A stretch of 50,858 bases of DNA, counting the filler, from Catajapyx aquilonaris (lineage: Eukaryota), in the NCBI GenBank assembly GCA_000934665.2. It is 2 parts of 2 records of this genome, joined end to end, with 100 filler letters (N's around TTAATTAATTAA, not from the genome) between each part and the next. Parts side by side here need not be neighbours in the genome. Positions count along the whole stretch, not along the records: positions 1 to 25,358 come from JYFJ02005376.1; 1 more part is not named here. One strand, given 5' to 3'. This document shows positions 1 through 13,264 of this stretch, piece after piece. Made by a program: the position numbers and the translations under genes. Every line of letters starts with the position of its first letter. Position 1 is the stretch's first letter. The notes below the pieces were generated by a model. It saw only the letters and a list, made by a program, of their open reading frames with translations. It was not told the DNA's origin and did no database searches.

Positions 1-3000
1 CGCAGCCTTTTAGCCTTTTATTATTATTCGCTTCGTCCCCACCGCAACCCTCCTCCCTCCCTCCCTCCCTCCATCCTCCTGCCACCCACACCCAACCCAA
101 CACCGACGCTGGTGCATGTCGACACCCACACCATTGTTGAGGCACATCGCAACCATCTGTGATGCATTGTCGCGCACTCGACATTAGCCTTACACTCTCA
201 TTATACCTGAAACTGCAGTTGAAACACGATGTGTGCTCCAGCACACTCTTTGAATCCATCGCCACGTACGTCTCCAAATTTAAGCATTAAACTCTGTAAC
301 TTATTTTAAATGCGCGAAACAATTAATTTGAAACGAATATTATAGCTCATGCTGGAATGGCGTCATTAAATATCATACGACCGGCGGATTGTGAATGCTG
401 TTTATCATATGACTTCAAATCGAATGGAAATCGTGCTGTGGGATATGTTGCATATTTTACAGTATTGAGGCACTTAACAAACTACCATGGAAAAAATGAA
501 ATGAAGTACTTAGCACCGATACGATTGAAGCCATACGAGTCGTCATATGTAAAGAAAGGCAACGAACATCGTATTTTGTATAGACTGCGGCTTGGTCGCA
601 TCAGAAATAATTTAGGAAATTCTACGATTATGTACAGTACAGGTATCCACCAAAGATGATCACAGATTTTATCTCGGTGAAATAGGTCCTTCGTATTATT
701 TTCCAAAAATTGAAAAATTAGCCCAGGTAACTTTTGGCTAAAAGCGTCAATATATTTTCTATAATATTTGACTGTCTATGGTTACTTCTGCGTCACAGAT
801 CTGAAATATAAATACTCCAGCTAAAAATAACATCCTTGATATGTACGGTATCGGCTTTGATATAGTCATTACATGGGATAAAACGTCTCTCTCTCTCTCT
901 GCAAGTTATTATGTAGATGAAGCGGTACCAATTCATTTAAAAACTAAGCGAGCAAAAGCCTCTCTTATTAGACTCTATCAAGAAATAAGATCGAGATATG
1001 GCTTCGCCCTCCTGCATGGATGACAAATGACCCGTCGAAAAGGTCGAGATGTCATATGCTATCCCTTGCTGTTAATAAGGGCCATTTTTTTAAATGGGGG
1101 AAAAAAACAATGATATAAACCGTGCCGATCATTTAATCCTCCAAAGGGTGGTCAATGTTGCGGAAAGCGTGGCCCGGAAATGGACTCGTTAAAAAAAAGA
1201 GAAAGAGTAATATTCCTGATGGGGGTATACTTTTGGGGCAGAAACGGGTGAGTCGAAGAGTCCATCCGATGACATCGCCAGATAAAAAAAATAACAAATT
1301 CAGGTGGATTAAAAGCGAACGAGGGAGAATGTTGCTGCTGGTTCTCTCGAAAGGGGACAGTGGCATATGCAGGCTTAGAATAAATTATCAACAAACGTTC
1401 ACACAATTTTTATCATTTTTCATGTATGTATATTCGCATGAGTCTTCTGTAACGAGCCCAACAAAAATCACTCAAGTGCAGCAAAGTTTTAGTGCTGGAC
1501 CATTGTTGATAAAACGTCATTCTTCTGCTGGTTACGCTCGTGAAATATTCTCTCCAGTTATTGCTATACTGAAAAACGTCCGTTATAGTTAGCGATTCTG
1601 CAACTATAGTACTAACTAATATACCCCAGATTTCAAAAGCAATTGCTTTAAATAGTGTTAAAAATCGCCAACAAAGACGGATATTTCAATTGCACATGTT
1701 TGGTATATTTGGCATTTCGGATTATTATTGCAACCTCCATGTATACATGATATATCGCACATGGAGCTTAGTCAGCTTACAATAATAATCCGAATTGCTG
1801 GAAGCTGATTCTCCATTAATTAATTTACCGGTATTACCTACTTCTTGTCATACATACAGCAGATACCATCATGTTGAATCCTTGCGCAGAAACCCAAGTT
1901 CTATATAGTTTCCAGTTGATGCACAATTATTATTCAGATCAGCACATGAAGCGCATGCTTCGTCCGTATGATAACATCAGGTGTTATTCCCCGTGACCGC
2001 GTATTTCCAAGATCAATTTTTGTAATCTTTCTGATTATATTATTGAGTCTATATAGTAGCATATGCGCTTCCGTTGCGGTGATGAGGCGGCTCCATACCG
2101 GCCATGCACACAGCACCCAGTCATATATATAAGCGATGGGACTCTATATATTATGTGCGTGGTGTTCCAAAAGCGACATGTGTTGAATCAAACTATCTGG
2201 AATTCCATCTCTGCTGCCCCGCGACACACTATCATTATATATAAAGGGAGGGGGAGACTTGCTGCTGGGGGAGAGCGATTCCTATTCCCCATCTTTCCGG
2301 TCCGAATGTAATTAAATTGCTGGCTCCTTCTGCCTCCAAAAGTTGCAGCCAGAAACAATATTCGCAACAGCACGATCTGATAATAATTTGGCATTGATGC
2401 AACCGGTCCTAAAATATATGACGGAGACGAAGAATCGAAAGAGCGTCGTCGGTGCAACATCACGTAAACCTGGTGGTTAGAGTCTTCAATATTAATGAGC
2501 GACAAACGAGGTCTTTCCTGAACCGGTGGGCGCATCGTGTTCCGGAGCCGAAAAGGTAAGAGGACGAAGAGGAATTTCAATTTCCGGGCTGTCGGAAAGG
2601 AGCCCTGGCATGATCCGGACCGATTACACCAGACTTTTTTCTTTTTTCTTTTTTAAGTTGGAAGGGGCGGTTATATGTCGGCAATGACGACCATCGGGAC
2701 ACCCATATTATGACGAGGAGTGTTCGATAAAGAGGCGGTCGCACGGACTGCCTATCCGGAATCCGGGACGGGGGCTGGGCCTCCATTGGACAGCCCCCCC
2801 GTCTCTCTGGCAAACTTCTGGGGACATGGACACGCCCCCCTCATTTCGCGCCCCCGCCCCGGATCCGCACCCGGCATCAGCGGCACCATGACCACCGCCT
2901 CTCCGGATCTGCACCACTACAGTGCACCCCCATCACTCGACATGATCACTCACTGCTGCTGTCCACCATCAGACACAGCACAACAAGGCTGCAACAACAA

Positions 3001-3024
3001 TCGACCGGGATTCAACAAGACAGG

Positions 3025-6000
3025 ATGCCTCACACAGGTCAGCCTATACCTCCATGTGTTTCTTACAAGACATGACGAGTGGTATACCATCATCATTGTT
3101 GATTGTTCGCAGGTCAGGCGGGGGTGAACCAGCTGGGAGGGGTGTTTGTGAACGGTCGTCCTCTGCCCGACTGTGTCCGGAGGAGGATCGTGGAGCTGGC
3201 CCTGATGGGGGTCAGGCCCTGCGACATCTCCAGGCAGCTGCTGGTGTCGCACGGATGCGTCTCCAAGATCCTCACCAGGTTCTACGAGACCGGCTCCATC
3301 AAGCCTGGATCCATCGGAGGAAGCAAAACCAAGGTAAATATACAGCACCGTCATGAAAGAATCGCTGCCGTCCAATTGTTATATATATACATGACGCACT
3401 AAAAGCGCTCGGGTTGAAGCGCTTCATATCCTTTTGACATCATGTAACCGCAGTTTGAAGCGCTCGCTCGGTTCATTTTGTCTTCTTCTCGTGTATTTGA
3501 ATGACCGTATGTGTGTGTGGAAATGAGTCGTCACAAACAATGAGATGGGAAACAATGTCGTGGGAAAATATCGTAGGGGCGGTGGCGCCTGTCCCGCCCG
3601 GTCCCATCCTCCCCCCAGCAGGTGGCGACGCCGACGGTGGTAAAGCGCATCCTCCGGTACAAGCAGGAGAACCCTGGCCTCTTCGCCTGGGAGATCCGAG
3701 ACAGGCTCTTAGCCCAAGGAATATGCCCTCCCCAGGCCATCCCCAGCGTCTCCTCCATCAACCGGATCCTCAGGAACAGCGGGGCATGGACGGACGCTGA
3801 CCTCTCCTCCGCGGCTGCCGCAGCAGCCGCAGCCGCAGCCGCAGCCGCTGCAGCCGCCGCCGCATCCTCGCACCACCACCACCACCACCAGACCTCATCT
3901 GCTGCTTCTGGAGGCAACCACTCGACGGCCACCACTTCAACAGCGGATCCAGCCGCGGCTGCAGCAGCCGCCATTGCCGCCGCCGCCGCAGCAGCAGCAG
4001 CGTCCAACCGCACCAGTCCTTCCGGATCCAGCAACACCAACACCTCACCATCAGGTCTGTCACCTTCCAAAAGCTCATGGGGTGGGGGGAACTGTTGGCA
4101 GATGGTATAAATACTTCGCAGACACACCAGGTTCATTGTTGACCCGCACGTTAAATTCACTCACTCTATATATATAGCTAGACGAATGACTGTCAAAATT
4201 CCCTAAATGCCACCCTGCCTGGTATATGTCTCCCTCCCTGATGCGGCGGGTGACGTAAGATTGACATGCCAATATTACATTATACAGGTTTGGTCTCGAT
4301 TTGAATGGATTCCGAGCTGTTTTTTTTTTTTTTTTTTTTTTTGNGCAATTCATCGCGGGATTCCCCCGCCGGGTATATACTGAAATATTCAGGCGGAGCA
4401 GGTGCTTCCTCCTTTTGGTTGTCTTGCTTCATCGGCTTCATTAGACAACCTCGCTCGCTTGTCCGTCTCCATTCACAATTTGGCTGCATGGCATGTGCTG
4501 ATGCGTCACTTGGCGACGACTGATCCGGACGCAACAGTCCAAATGTCACGTCATTGGAGGACCCGATAATTGCAGGCTCTCTGCCATCATCGGGAAGGGT
4601 ATCATTTTGAAACCACGCATCAGATCGGACCAACAAGATATGCTGTTACGTGACATGTCGGTTTTTTTTTTGTCATATCTTTCCGCCATGATGTTATAGC
4701 TCTCCGCTTTTGCACCAAAATGAGATCCTCGCGACAAGTGCTGGGAATTATCGCACATTCAGGGATATAGTCAGGGATAGTCTACAGGGAGGGATGGTGT
4801 CCTATATACGTACGAAACACTTGGCACAAGCCATTTATTGATTAAATTAAGAATATTATTTTATTTATTTAACATTACGTATATTACGCCATGGATGGTG
4901 CCCTAAATATAGTTACGTGCTAAGCTCCTAAGCCATTTTGCGGCTCATGGGAATACCAATTCAAAGAAATTCACTTATGCAATGTCGTCAAACACTCAAA
5001 CTAATTGTCAATCAGCATGGTGGGACTTTCGTTGGCATCCCCCCCCAAAATTTTTTTTTAATAATAATCACATTTTTGTTCAGTTATTGCAAGAATAAGG
5101 GCATAGGTTTTACATCAAGCAAATATGAAAGTTTCCGATTAACCATAATTGAATTATAATGAGGCATTGCGAAAGAATTGTTTTCAATAAAAATATTGTC
5201 GTCCAGCAGTTTACAGTGAAAGACATGAAAAACCCTTATCCAATTTTGGCGATTTTGAGTCATTTATACCGTTCAAATTTTCGTATAAACTTACCTTCCC
5301 CCCTCCCTGCTCTTGTGAAGTCCATTTACTATTTTCCCCGAAAGACTCGTACGGAGCTATGAGGTCAGGATTTTCTGCCTTCACTGGCATGCGAACAAGT
5401 CAAAGATCAATTCTTTACCTTCCATTATATCGCATCAGACAAGCCGTCACAGTTCTCTGCGTATCAAAATGCAACCGACTAATTATTGGAATAATTATCC
5501 AAACTAAATTCTACCTTACTGCACACAATGCAGTTCGTAATGTCTTACTCATATAGTAAGACAGTAGTCCCACAAATGGACCAGCCTCTTTGTCATTGCC
5601 AGGTCACGACCACTCGGTCCAGCCAGATCACCATCACCACCACCACCACCACCACCAGTGTCTGCCCCAGGTGCACCACTACACCACCTCCCTGACCCCA
5701 TCTTCCCTGGTCCATCGGGCCTTCCCCACCCCTACCTCTTCTCATTCGTTTCCCCCATCCGCATACTTCCCTGCGCCAGACAGGTTCGGATTCGCCTTCC
5801 CTGCATCCTCCGCATCTCACAGGTACTACCCACCACCTCCTCCTCCCCCTCCCCCACCACCACCCCCTCCTCCCCCACCCTCATCATCCCAAACCACTAA
5901 TGGTTACTTCACCCTCCGCCTGACCCCATCCTCCCTCCCGTCCACGTCCTCCAAGCAGGACCCCTCCTCCGATGCACCCAAGTCACCAAGCAAGCCGTCT

Positions 6001-6384
6001 TCATCAGAGGCAGCTGCATCGCCCAAGCCATCAGCAACAAGCAACAAGCAGCGCAATCCATACTCAATCGAGGAGCTTCTCAAGAAGGACACAGGCCCCA
6101 AGAGACCTAGGAGGCTGCTTCCACCTGCCGCTGCATTCTACACTGGGTCGTCAGCCTTCCAGCCGGTCATCAATGCTGCCGCCTCCCAGCACCACCATCT
6201 CCTACCTGCAGCTGCTTCATGCTGCGGTGCCATCTCCCTGTTGACAGTCCCACATGAACAGGTCCAGCCCCCACAGCAGCCATCCTCCTCCGCTTCCTCC
6301 TCCTCATCCTCTGATGCATCCTCCCCCACACCCATATCTCTACCAACCAACAAAACTGCAGTAACCGTAGAGGAAAACCACTAG
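3025..6384 (+). CDS. Poxn: Pox neuro paired-box transcription factor (~483 aa, 4 coding exons)
   Basis: Exons 3025-3037, 3113-3333, 3619-4054 and 5603-6384 join in frame (1452 nt) with GT-AG introns. The product begins [86 protein letters not shown]...[10 protein letters not shown], a paired domain nearly identical to Drosophila Poxn as I recall it. C-terminal [11 protein letters not shown] octapeptide/eh1-like motif and no homeodomain. The exon 3 donor (CAG|gtctgt) was chosen by phase and is the least certain junction. Confidence 0.93.
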
Positions 6385-8078
6385 AACTTTTGAACCACTC
6401 ACAACTGCTAGAATGTCAAGTCACGACAAGCATGGCAGGTTGGGATGCTACCCACATGGCAACTGACATCATTAATGGGGTCATAACCATCCAATCATGG
6501 AACCAGAAACTTCCATGGGCAGCCTCAGATTGACTGGAGGATGATATTCTATTAAAACCTTGCTTATGCAGACCACGCACAGACTTACAAGCTACAGTAA
6601 CAACATACGAAACCTTGTGCTTGATGTCGGACTTCCCTACGTTAATGTTATAAAATCACTGGCAATTAACTGGCAAGTAAGCCTCTCTCATATGTAGAAA
6701 ACCTTACACAATCATCTAATAATAATAATCTGTGACCAGCTGTTAAAAGAAAAAAAAACTTGGAAAGCAAGTGTAGATGTTGGAATTGTCGTGTTCCACA
6801 TTGCACCTCAGAAAATATAACACCTATGATAACTGTGGTTATTGGCAAGGGCCATTTGATCCCACGTTGGGTTGGAGTACGGATGGCATTAAAATGGCGA
6901 GTCAGCTGCTCGTAATTACACACTGTGTAAAAACAGCCCTGAAGAAACATCAGGCGGTACAATGAAAGAAATTATGGAATGAGTGGTAATTAGGACAATC
7001 TGATCCATTTTGTAAGATGCGGCAAACATTTGTGTCCCATCACAGGTAAGAACGGTTTTAGCACCCATTTACACAAATTCACGCCGCTTTGTACACATGC
7101 TGTTTGTGGCATTTCAGGTTGTGACATCACTTTGGTTTTTGTGGTAGTGAAAAGTTTAACTGCAATAACAAGGTGTTTTCATTTATGCAAATTGTGCATC
7201 AAATGCCAGTTCTAGTCTCGATGCGCTTTAAAACGTGGCACCTTCAGTGTAAAAAATATTGTATAAAAACTGCATGCAAATAAATATGTTTCTTAATAAT
7301 TACCCGTTTTCTCTAGCACCATGTCATTACAGGGTCATTAGAAAAGGTGCCCCTCTCTCATGCTGGACCAGGTAGGGTAAAATGCTGTAAATAATGAAAA
7401 TTATCCCTTGCTAAAGAAGTATCAAAATATATTTGCAATTGAGATTCAAGTACAAGAATAATAAATATGTATAAAACCAATATTATGTCCCATTGCTACG
7501 GAAGCATGTGCACCCCTTTCACCCAAGGCAGTAGTTGCTAATATTATTTGTTTTATGCACATTTGTAGTTTCAGTCAAGTTACAATTTTTTTTTAAACAA
7601 ATAAAACATGTCAATACCACACTTACGCTATCTGGAATTGACATGATAATTATACACACTAGTCAAGTCAAATAAGCTAAATCAAAAGCTAGCCTGTCTA
7701 TAAGTTACAAAATTCAGATCATAGTGAGATAGATTACAGGTTAACCCTGTCTCCTTCTAGTCACTTAATTCAAAGCTATTTAACTCTCCCCAATTCCGTC
7801 GAGGTGTATGCTGACAGCAACACCTTCTATTCGAACCGACCTTGGTCGTGGAGGGAAGAGGGGAGAATCAGACGCTACCACGAATGCTCAGAGAATACTG
7901 CGAGTCAATCAAAATTACCTGCCAAAAATTGTTGCAACTTATACACAACCTTGTTACTCTTGGACGGCCATTAAAATGAGAACCTACCACCATAAGTACC
8001 TTAAAATGCTTTTTAGAAAATGCCAACTTCCCTCAAGGGACTTCCCCATCCCAATTTCCTGTGCACTTCATGTACATG

Positions 8079-11000
8079 TTAGAGCTGGAAGTTCTGCACT
8101 GAGGAGGCATACTCTGCCCTGTAGGCAGAAGACTTTGACCTTCCTGTCCGCTGGGAGAACTCGGAGAATCTGTCAGCCTCTGGCTGCGGCATCAGAAGTA
8201 CAGGTTGAAGGTTCAGGGACTTCCTCGAGCCGCTCAGGGAATGTGTGTCTGCCACGAATGCTCCATTTATCTCACCTGCAGGAGGTAGCACAAGGTCAGG
8301 GGAGTTCACAGAAATAAAAGAACTGGCTGGGACGTTACATCAGGGCAACTGAATGAGAAGTAGGACACACGCAAGAGTCGTGGCAATATCTGTCATGCGA
8401 TTCCTGTGCATTACAATGCAATCCTTGCCCTTTCATCAGTCAGGAGCACACATGTAGGTGAGGTTCTTACCCTTGTAAAGTGATCCATTGAACCTGGGAG
8501 ATGGTGGCAGAGATGCAGAGTTTCTCCCCATTGGGTTAGGATCAGGTTGCAGCCTCACATGCCTTCCAGCCAGCACAAAGGCCAGGGAGGAGAGGACGAG
8601 GGCATCCAGAAATCCTATTGCAGCCAAGATGTAAGCCCAGCGGACGCCACACAGGCCCAGGGAAAAGCGTCCTGCAAGAGGACCGCAAGTCCAGCGCACC
8701 TCTGCAGCATCCCAACCAGCCGGGAAGACCAAGAGGCCCACCAGCATGCACACAGCTGTAAAAATAAAACGGGTGGTCAGGAAATGAAAATGACTAATAA
8801 TAAACTCATAATAAACTCCAGCTTGCCCCATGTGGACATTACAAAAACAAAAGGAACTCTACAAAAAAATTTGGGCTGTACTGTACAGTTTAACTGTCAA
8901 TGCCTAACACTACACTGTTATTTTCCCAGTCCAAGTCCGACATAATGATAATGGTGCACTTGAATGGCTTTACAAAGTGCTCACTTTTTTTTTACACCAA
9001 GGCACACACTTTTATTCTTCATTTCAACAATAGCGACACAAATGAGGTGCGAGAAGGATACTGCTTTTTTCATACAATCCCCCCGTTTGTGAAAGTCACT
9101 GATAATAAAATAATTTGCCACGGAAATGTGGTACATGGCTGCATTGTTTAAAATGCTGCCTTAGGGGCAACTGTAAGTGAAAACCGCGCATTAGCCGAGG
9201 AAATTAAATGATATTCTGCACTGCATTGTGAGCCCACAGCATGAAATTATTTATTGCAATAAATTAGTAACTACAGCTCACACAGTATTAGAATTTAATA
9301 CAGTGTGACAAAAAAAATAATACTTTTCTGAATTATGCACCTAAAATCATTTTACATATCAGATTGTGGCATAAAATTATGCTTCCTTCAATGGAAATTA
9401 ATATCAGATCAAAATCCTTCAACATTTAAAACCAGAAAATAATGATACCTCCACTACATCTTGTTCGTGAATATGAACCGTGTTTTCTTCATGCAACAGC
9501 ACAGATTTAGAGCACCACTCTCATAACACACACTGTACAAGAAGGAAGTTGTCAAGACCAGCAGCAAAATAATAGGGGAAGTGAGGAATCCCATAACTTT
9601 CTCTTTCCCATACCTCACTTTCCCTCCCGGACCATCCCTGTTTCTTTAATGTTTGTGGTCATCATGTTTACAACAGTTGAACAGCGTAACACCTGGCCTG
9701 TCTGGTATATACACACAAAAAATAAGGCGCCCACCAATGACCCACTTTATGCAGAGCCTCAGGGAGAATAAAAGAGGGAGGCTTGTAAACTGTTAGCTGT
9801 TGCCAAGAGAGAACAGTTATCCGGCATTCCATTCTCCCAAAAGGTCAACCTCTTCCACCCTATTCTTTGATGCACTTCCTTCCTCCCACCTGGTCTTTGC
9901 CTTGACTCAATTTTGCATTATCCTTGGCTCAAACTTTTTGCCTTGAACCTGCCTGTTGCCGATTTCTTTGTTTCAACGGGACCAATAAATGCCACACAGT
10001 CGTGCGCAATTAAACGGCAATTATCTTTGTCAAACACTTACCAGGCATGGCGACCCACATACTGCGTATTGTTGACTCTGGATATGACAGACTTCAAGGG
10101 TCGGCAGAAAAAAAAGTGTTATAGCCAAATGGCCTCTTTTGCAACAAATACATAACTGCTTTCCATATGCTTATAATGCACTCTACTTCATTTATTAATG
10201 AAACTATCCGCAATAATGCAAAATTAGCTCACCTGTAAATTATGCAGGACCCCCAAAAAAACTGTCATTTTCTTCTGCCATCTCCTTGTTGCTAAATATA
10301 GCAGAAAAATAATGATTTTCAGTAGCTTAGATGAGTGACAGATGCGAAAATCACCTCATCTCCACTATTCTCTGTCTTTCAGTGCTTGAGAAAGTTGAGT
10401 AATCAAAAAGAGCATTTTTCCCTCCGAGGGGCCAAAAAATGGTGTGTTATAGCCGAGGTGAGGTGAAAAATGAGTCTGTTACATCAACAGTAACAATACT
10501 CAAAATACAAAAAGCGGCGTTTACATGTGAGCGATTTTGATCAGCTATGAATCCAATTGTTTGATTCCTGCCACAACGATGACATCACTGATCAAATCGC
10601 TCACATGTAAACGCTGCCGCTTTATGGATGTACGGCGGGACTTGCTTTTTCAGTCTGTTACAACTGAAAGCTACCGAGGCTGTTATATCCGGATTCAGCA
10701 GGATTACTGTATATCGGCAGAGGCAAACATGTTAATGTGAATTACCTGAGAGCAGTTGCGTCCATCCGCAGAGCCTGAGTACGGTTGGTGTGGCAAGGAA
10801 GAGGAACAGCAGCATACAGGCGATGCAGAGGAGGGACAGAAGGGCGGAGATCCCAACGAAGGCCGTGGCTGCTCTGAAGGGGGCGTTGAGGACAGAGTGG
10901 AAGTCGTCCAGCCTTCCCCTGCACACCAGGTCCGGTCCGTCCCAGCCCACAAAACAGAACTTCCAGAGGCCAAAGTAGCCGGCCGAGTTGGAGTCACGCG

Positions 11001-11464
11001 TGTCCCCAATCCACTGCGGCTGGACGAACACCACCACGCAGATGATGGCCAGGCAGACGGTGAACACGCCCCACAGAACGCCAATAGCCTGAAAGAGACG
11101 AAATGGGTTCGAACGGAATGAGACGAAATTCGTTCGAATGGGAGGAGACGAAATGTGTTCGAATGGGGGGAGACGGAATGTGTTCGAATGAAAAGAGACG
11201 GAATGTGTTCGAATGGAAGGAGACGGAATGTGTTCGAATGGGAGGAGACGGGATGTGTTCGAATGGAAAGAGACGGAATGTGTTCGAATGGGAGGAGACG
11301 GAATGTGTTCGAATGGAATGAGACGGAATGTGTTCGAATGGGAGGAGACGGAATGTGTTCGAATGGAAGGCCCCGTGTAACGTGGCCCGTACCTTTGAGT
11401 TCCTGACGTAGCTGGTGGTGTAGAGCTGAGAGGACTCCACGTACTCTATCTTGGAGCCTCCCAT
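8079..11464 (-). CDS. Tmhs: LHFPL family tetraspan membrane protein, Tmhs/LHFPL3-5-like (~298 aa, 4 coding exons)
   Basis: Exons 11464-11393 (MGGSKIEYVESSQLYTTSYVRNSK), 11088-10746 (AIGVLWGVFTVC...QWIGD...GYFGLWKFC), 8755-8471 (VFPAGWDAAEVRWTCGP...FSLGLCGVRWAYILA) and 8275-8079 join in frame (897 nt). YVRNS-AIGVLW, WIGD, GYFGL and PAGWD-C motifs are LHFP family hallmarks. Confidence 0.92.
10517..10614. mobile_element. Short MITE-like inverted repeat in Tmhs intron 2
   Basis: GCGTTTACATGTGAGCGATTTTGATCAG (10517-10544) is the reverse complement of CTGATCAAATCGCTCACATGTAAACGC (10588-10614) apart from one indel; ~43 bp spacer. Confidence 0.6.
11091..11370. repeat. 25-bp minisatellite, ~11 copies, filling Tmhs intron 1
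   Basis: Unit GAGACGGAATGTGTTCGAATG plus 4 purine-rich variable bases, in direct tandem with no spacers. Confidence 0.92.
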
Positions 11465-12244
11465 CACGAGATTCGATGCGTTGTTGGTGCCAGGGAGGAA
11501 CGAAACGGGCAGAGGAGGCAACGGGAAGGAAGGAGAAAAGTCAACGGAACACTCCCAAATCAACCAACATGGCCGACTGAGGCCGCCTTCATATCCACCA
11601 CATCTCGTCACGAAAAAAACAGTTCGCAGTTGGTAGGCCCAACCTGAAAATTCAAACAATGATTACTGGACCCAACACGATAACTGTTTAATGTAATGCT
11701 AATTATAGTGTGGTAATAATTAACAGGGCACTTGGTTCGCATTCCTCGCAAATCAGCCGCACGAACGCACCCTTCAGTGTTCCATTCTCAAATTGACCAG
11801 AACAAATTAACTTTTTTTCTTTTCTCCTTCAATTTTATCAGCTCCTTGCATAGATAATTATGTTTAATGTCAATTGGCACACAATTAAATAGCAGCATTG
11901 TGTACAGCCAGTGTACAGACTGTACATTATCCCACACATTTTCTATCATTAAATACAGTACCTCGATGGCTCGAAGTCCAACAGGCCTGCTCCTGAAGGA
12001 CTGGCTGCGACAAATGGCTGCGGAAACGGGGGAGGATAAAAAGGGAAGGGGCAGCAGATTCACAGTCTGTTTGCCGCTTGAAGAAGGAGAAAGGGAGAAA
12101 GACATGCTCCAATAATGCGGGGGGAAAACATAAAAAAAGAAGGTGCCACTTGTGGTCGCTCAACCCGATTTTTTTTCTTTTATTTAATTATTGAATGAGT
12201 GGAACCATTTAGGTTGCCCCCTTTAAGAGAAACAGGGGGGCTAA

Positions 12245-13127
<883 letters not shown>

Positions 13128-13264
13128 TTAATAAAAATGCAGTGCAATCATTTCTGTTTCCGCCACTGACTGTTATTACTTCCGTGGTTACAGATTCTGT
13201 GCAATTTGTTGCTCCAGCCAAAGTAACCGTAACACAGATTTACGAGAGCGGTCACTTCACAGGC

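Noticed and set aside
3559..3566. Su(H) site CGTGGGAA in Poxn intron 2
   Set aside because: A single 8-mer; biologically plausible but not distinguishable from chance without conservation data.
4055..4110. Poxn ending at the ORF stop at 4110, with 5590-6384 as a separate gene
   Set aside because: A phase-1 donor at 4054 joins the 5603 acceptor in frame, and the last exon carries the Poxn octapeptide-like motif.
3531..4160. Antisense ORFs over Poxn, and similar ones over PSMA5, Rbsn-5 and FGFR
   Set aside because: Shadows of GC-rich coding sequence on the opposite strand with no independent protein signal.
11091..11370. CRISPR-like regular repeats and the repetitive ORFs over them
   Set aside because: No unique spacers (only ~4 variable bases per unit), no cas genes, and it lies inside a spliceosomal intron. 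It is a minisatellite and the ORFs are artefacts.
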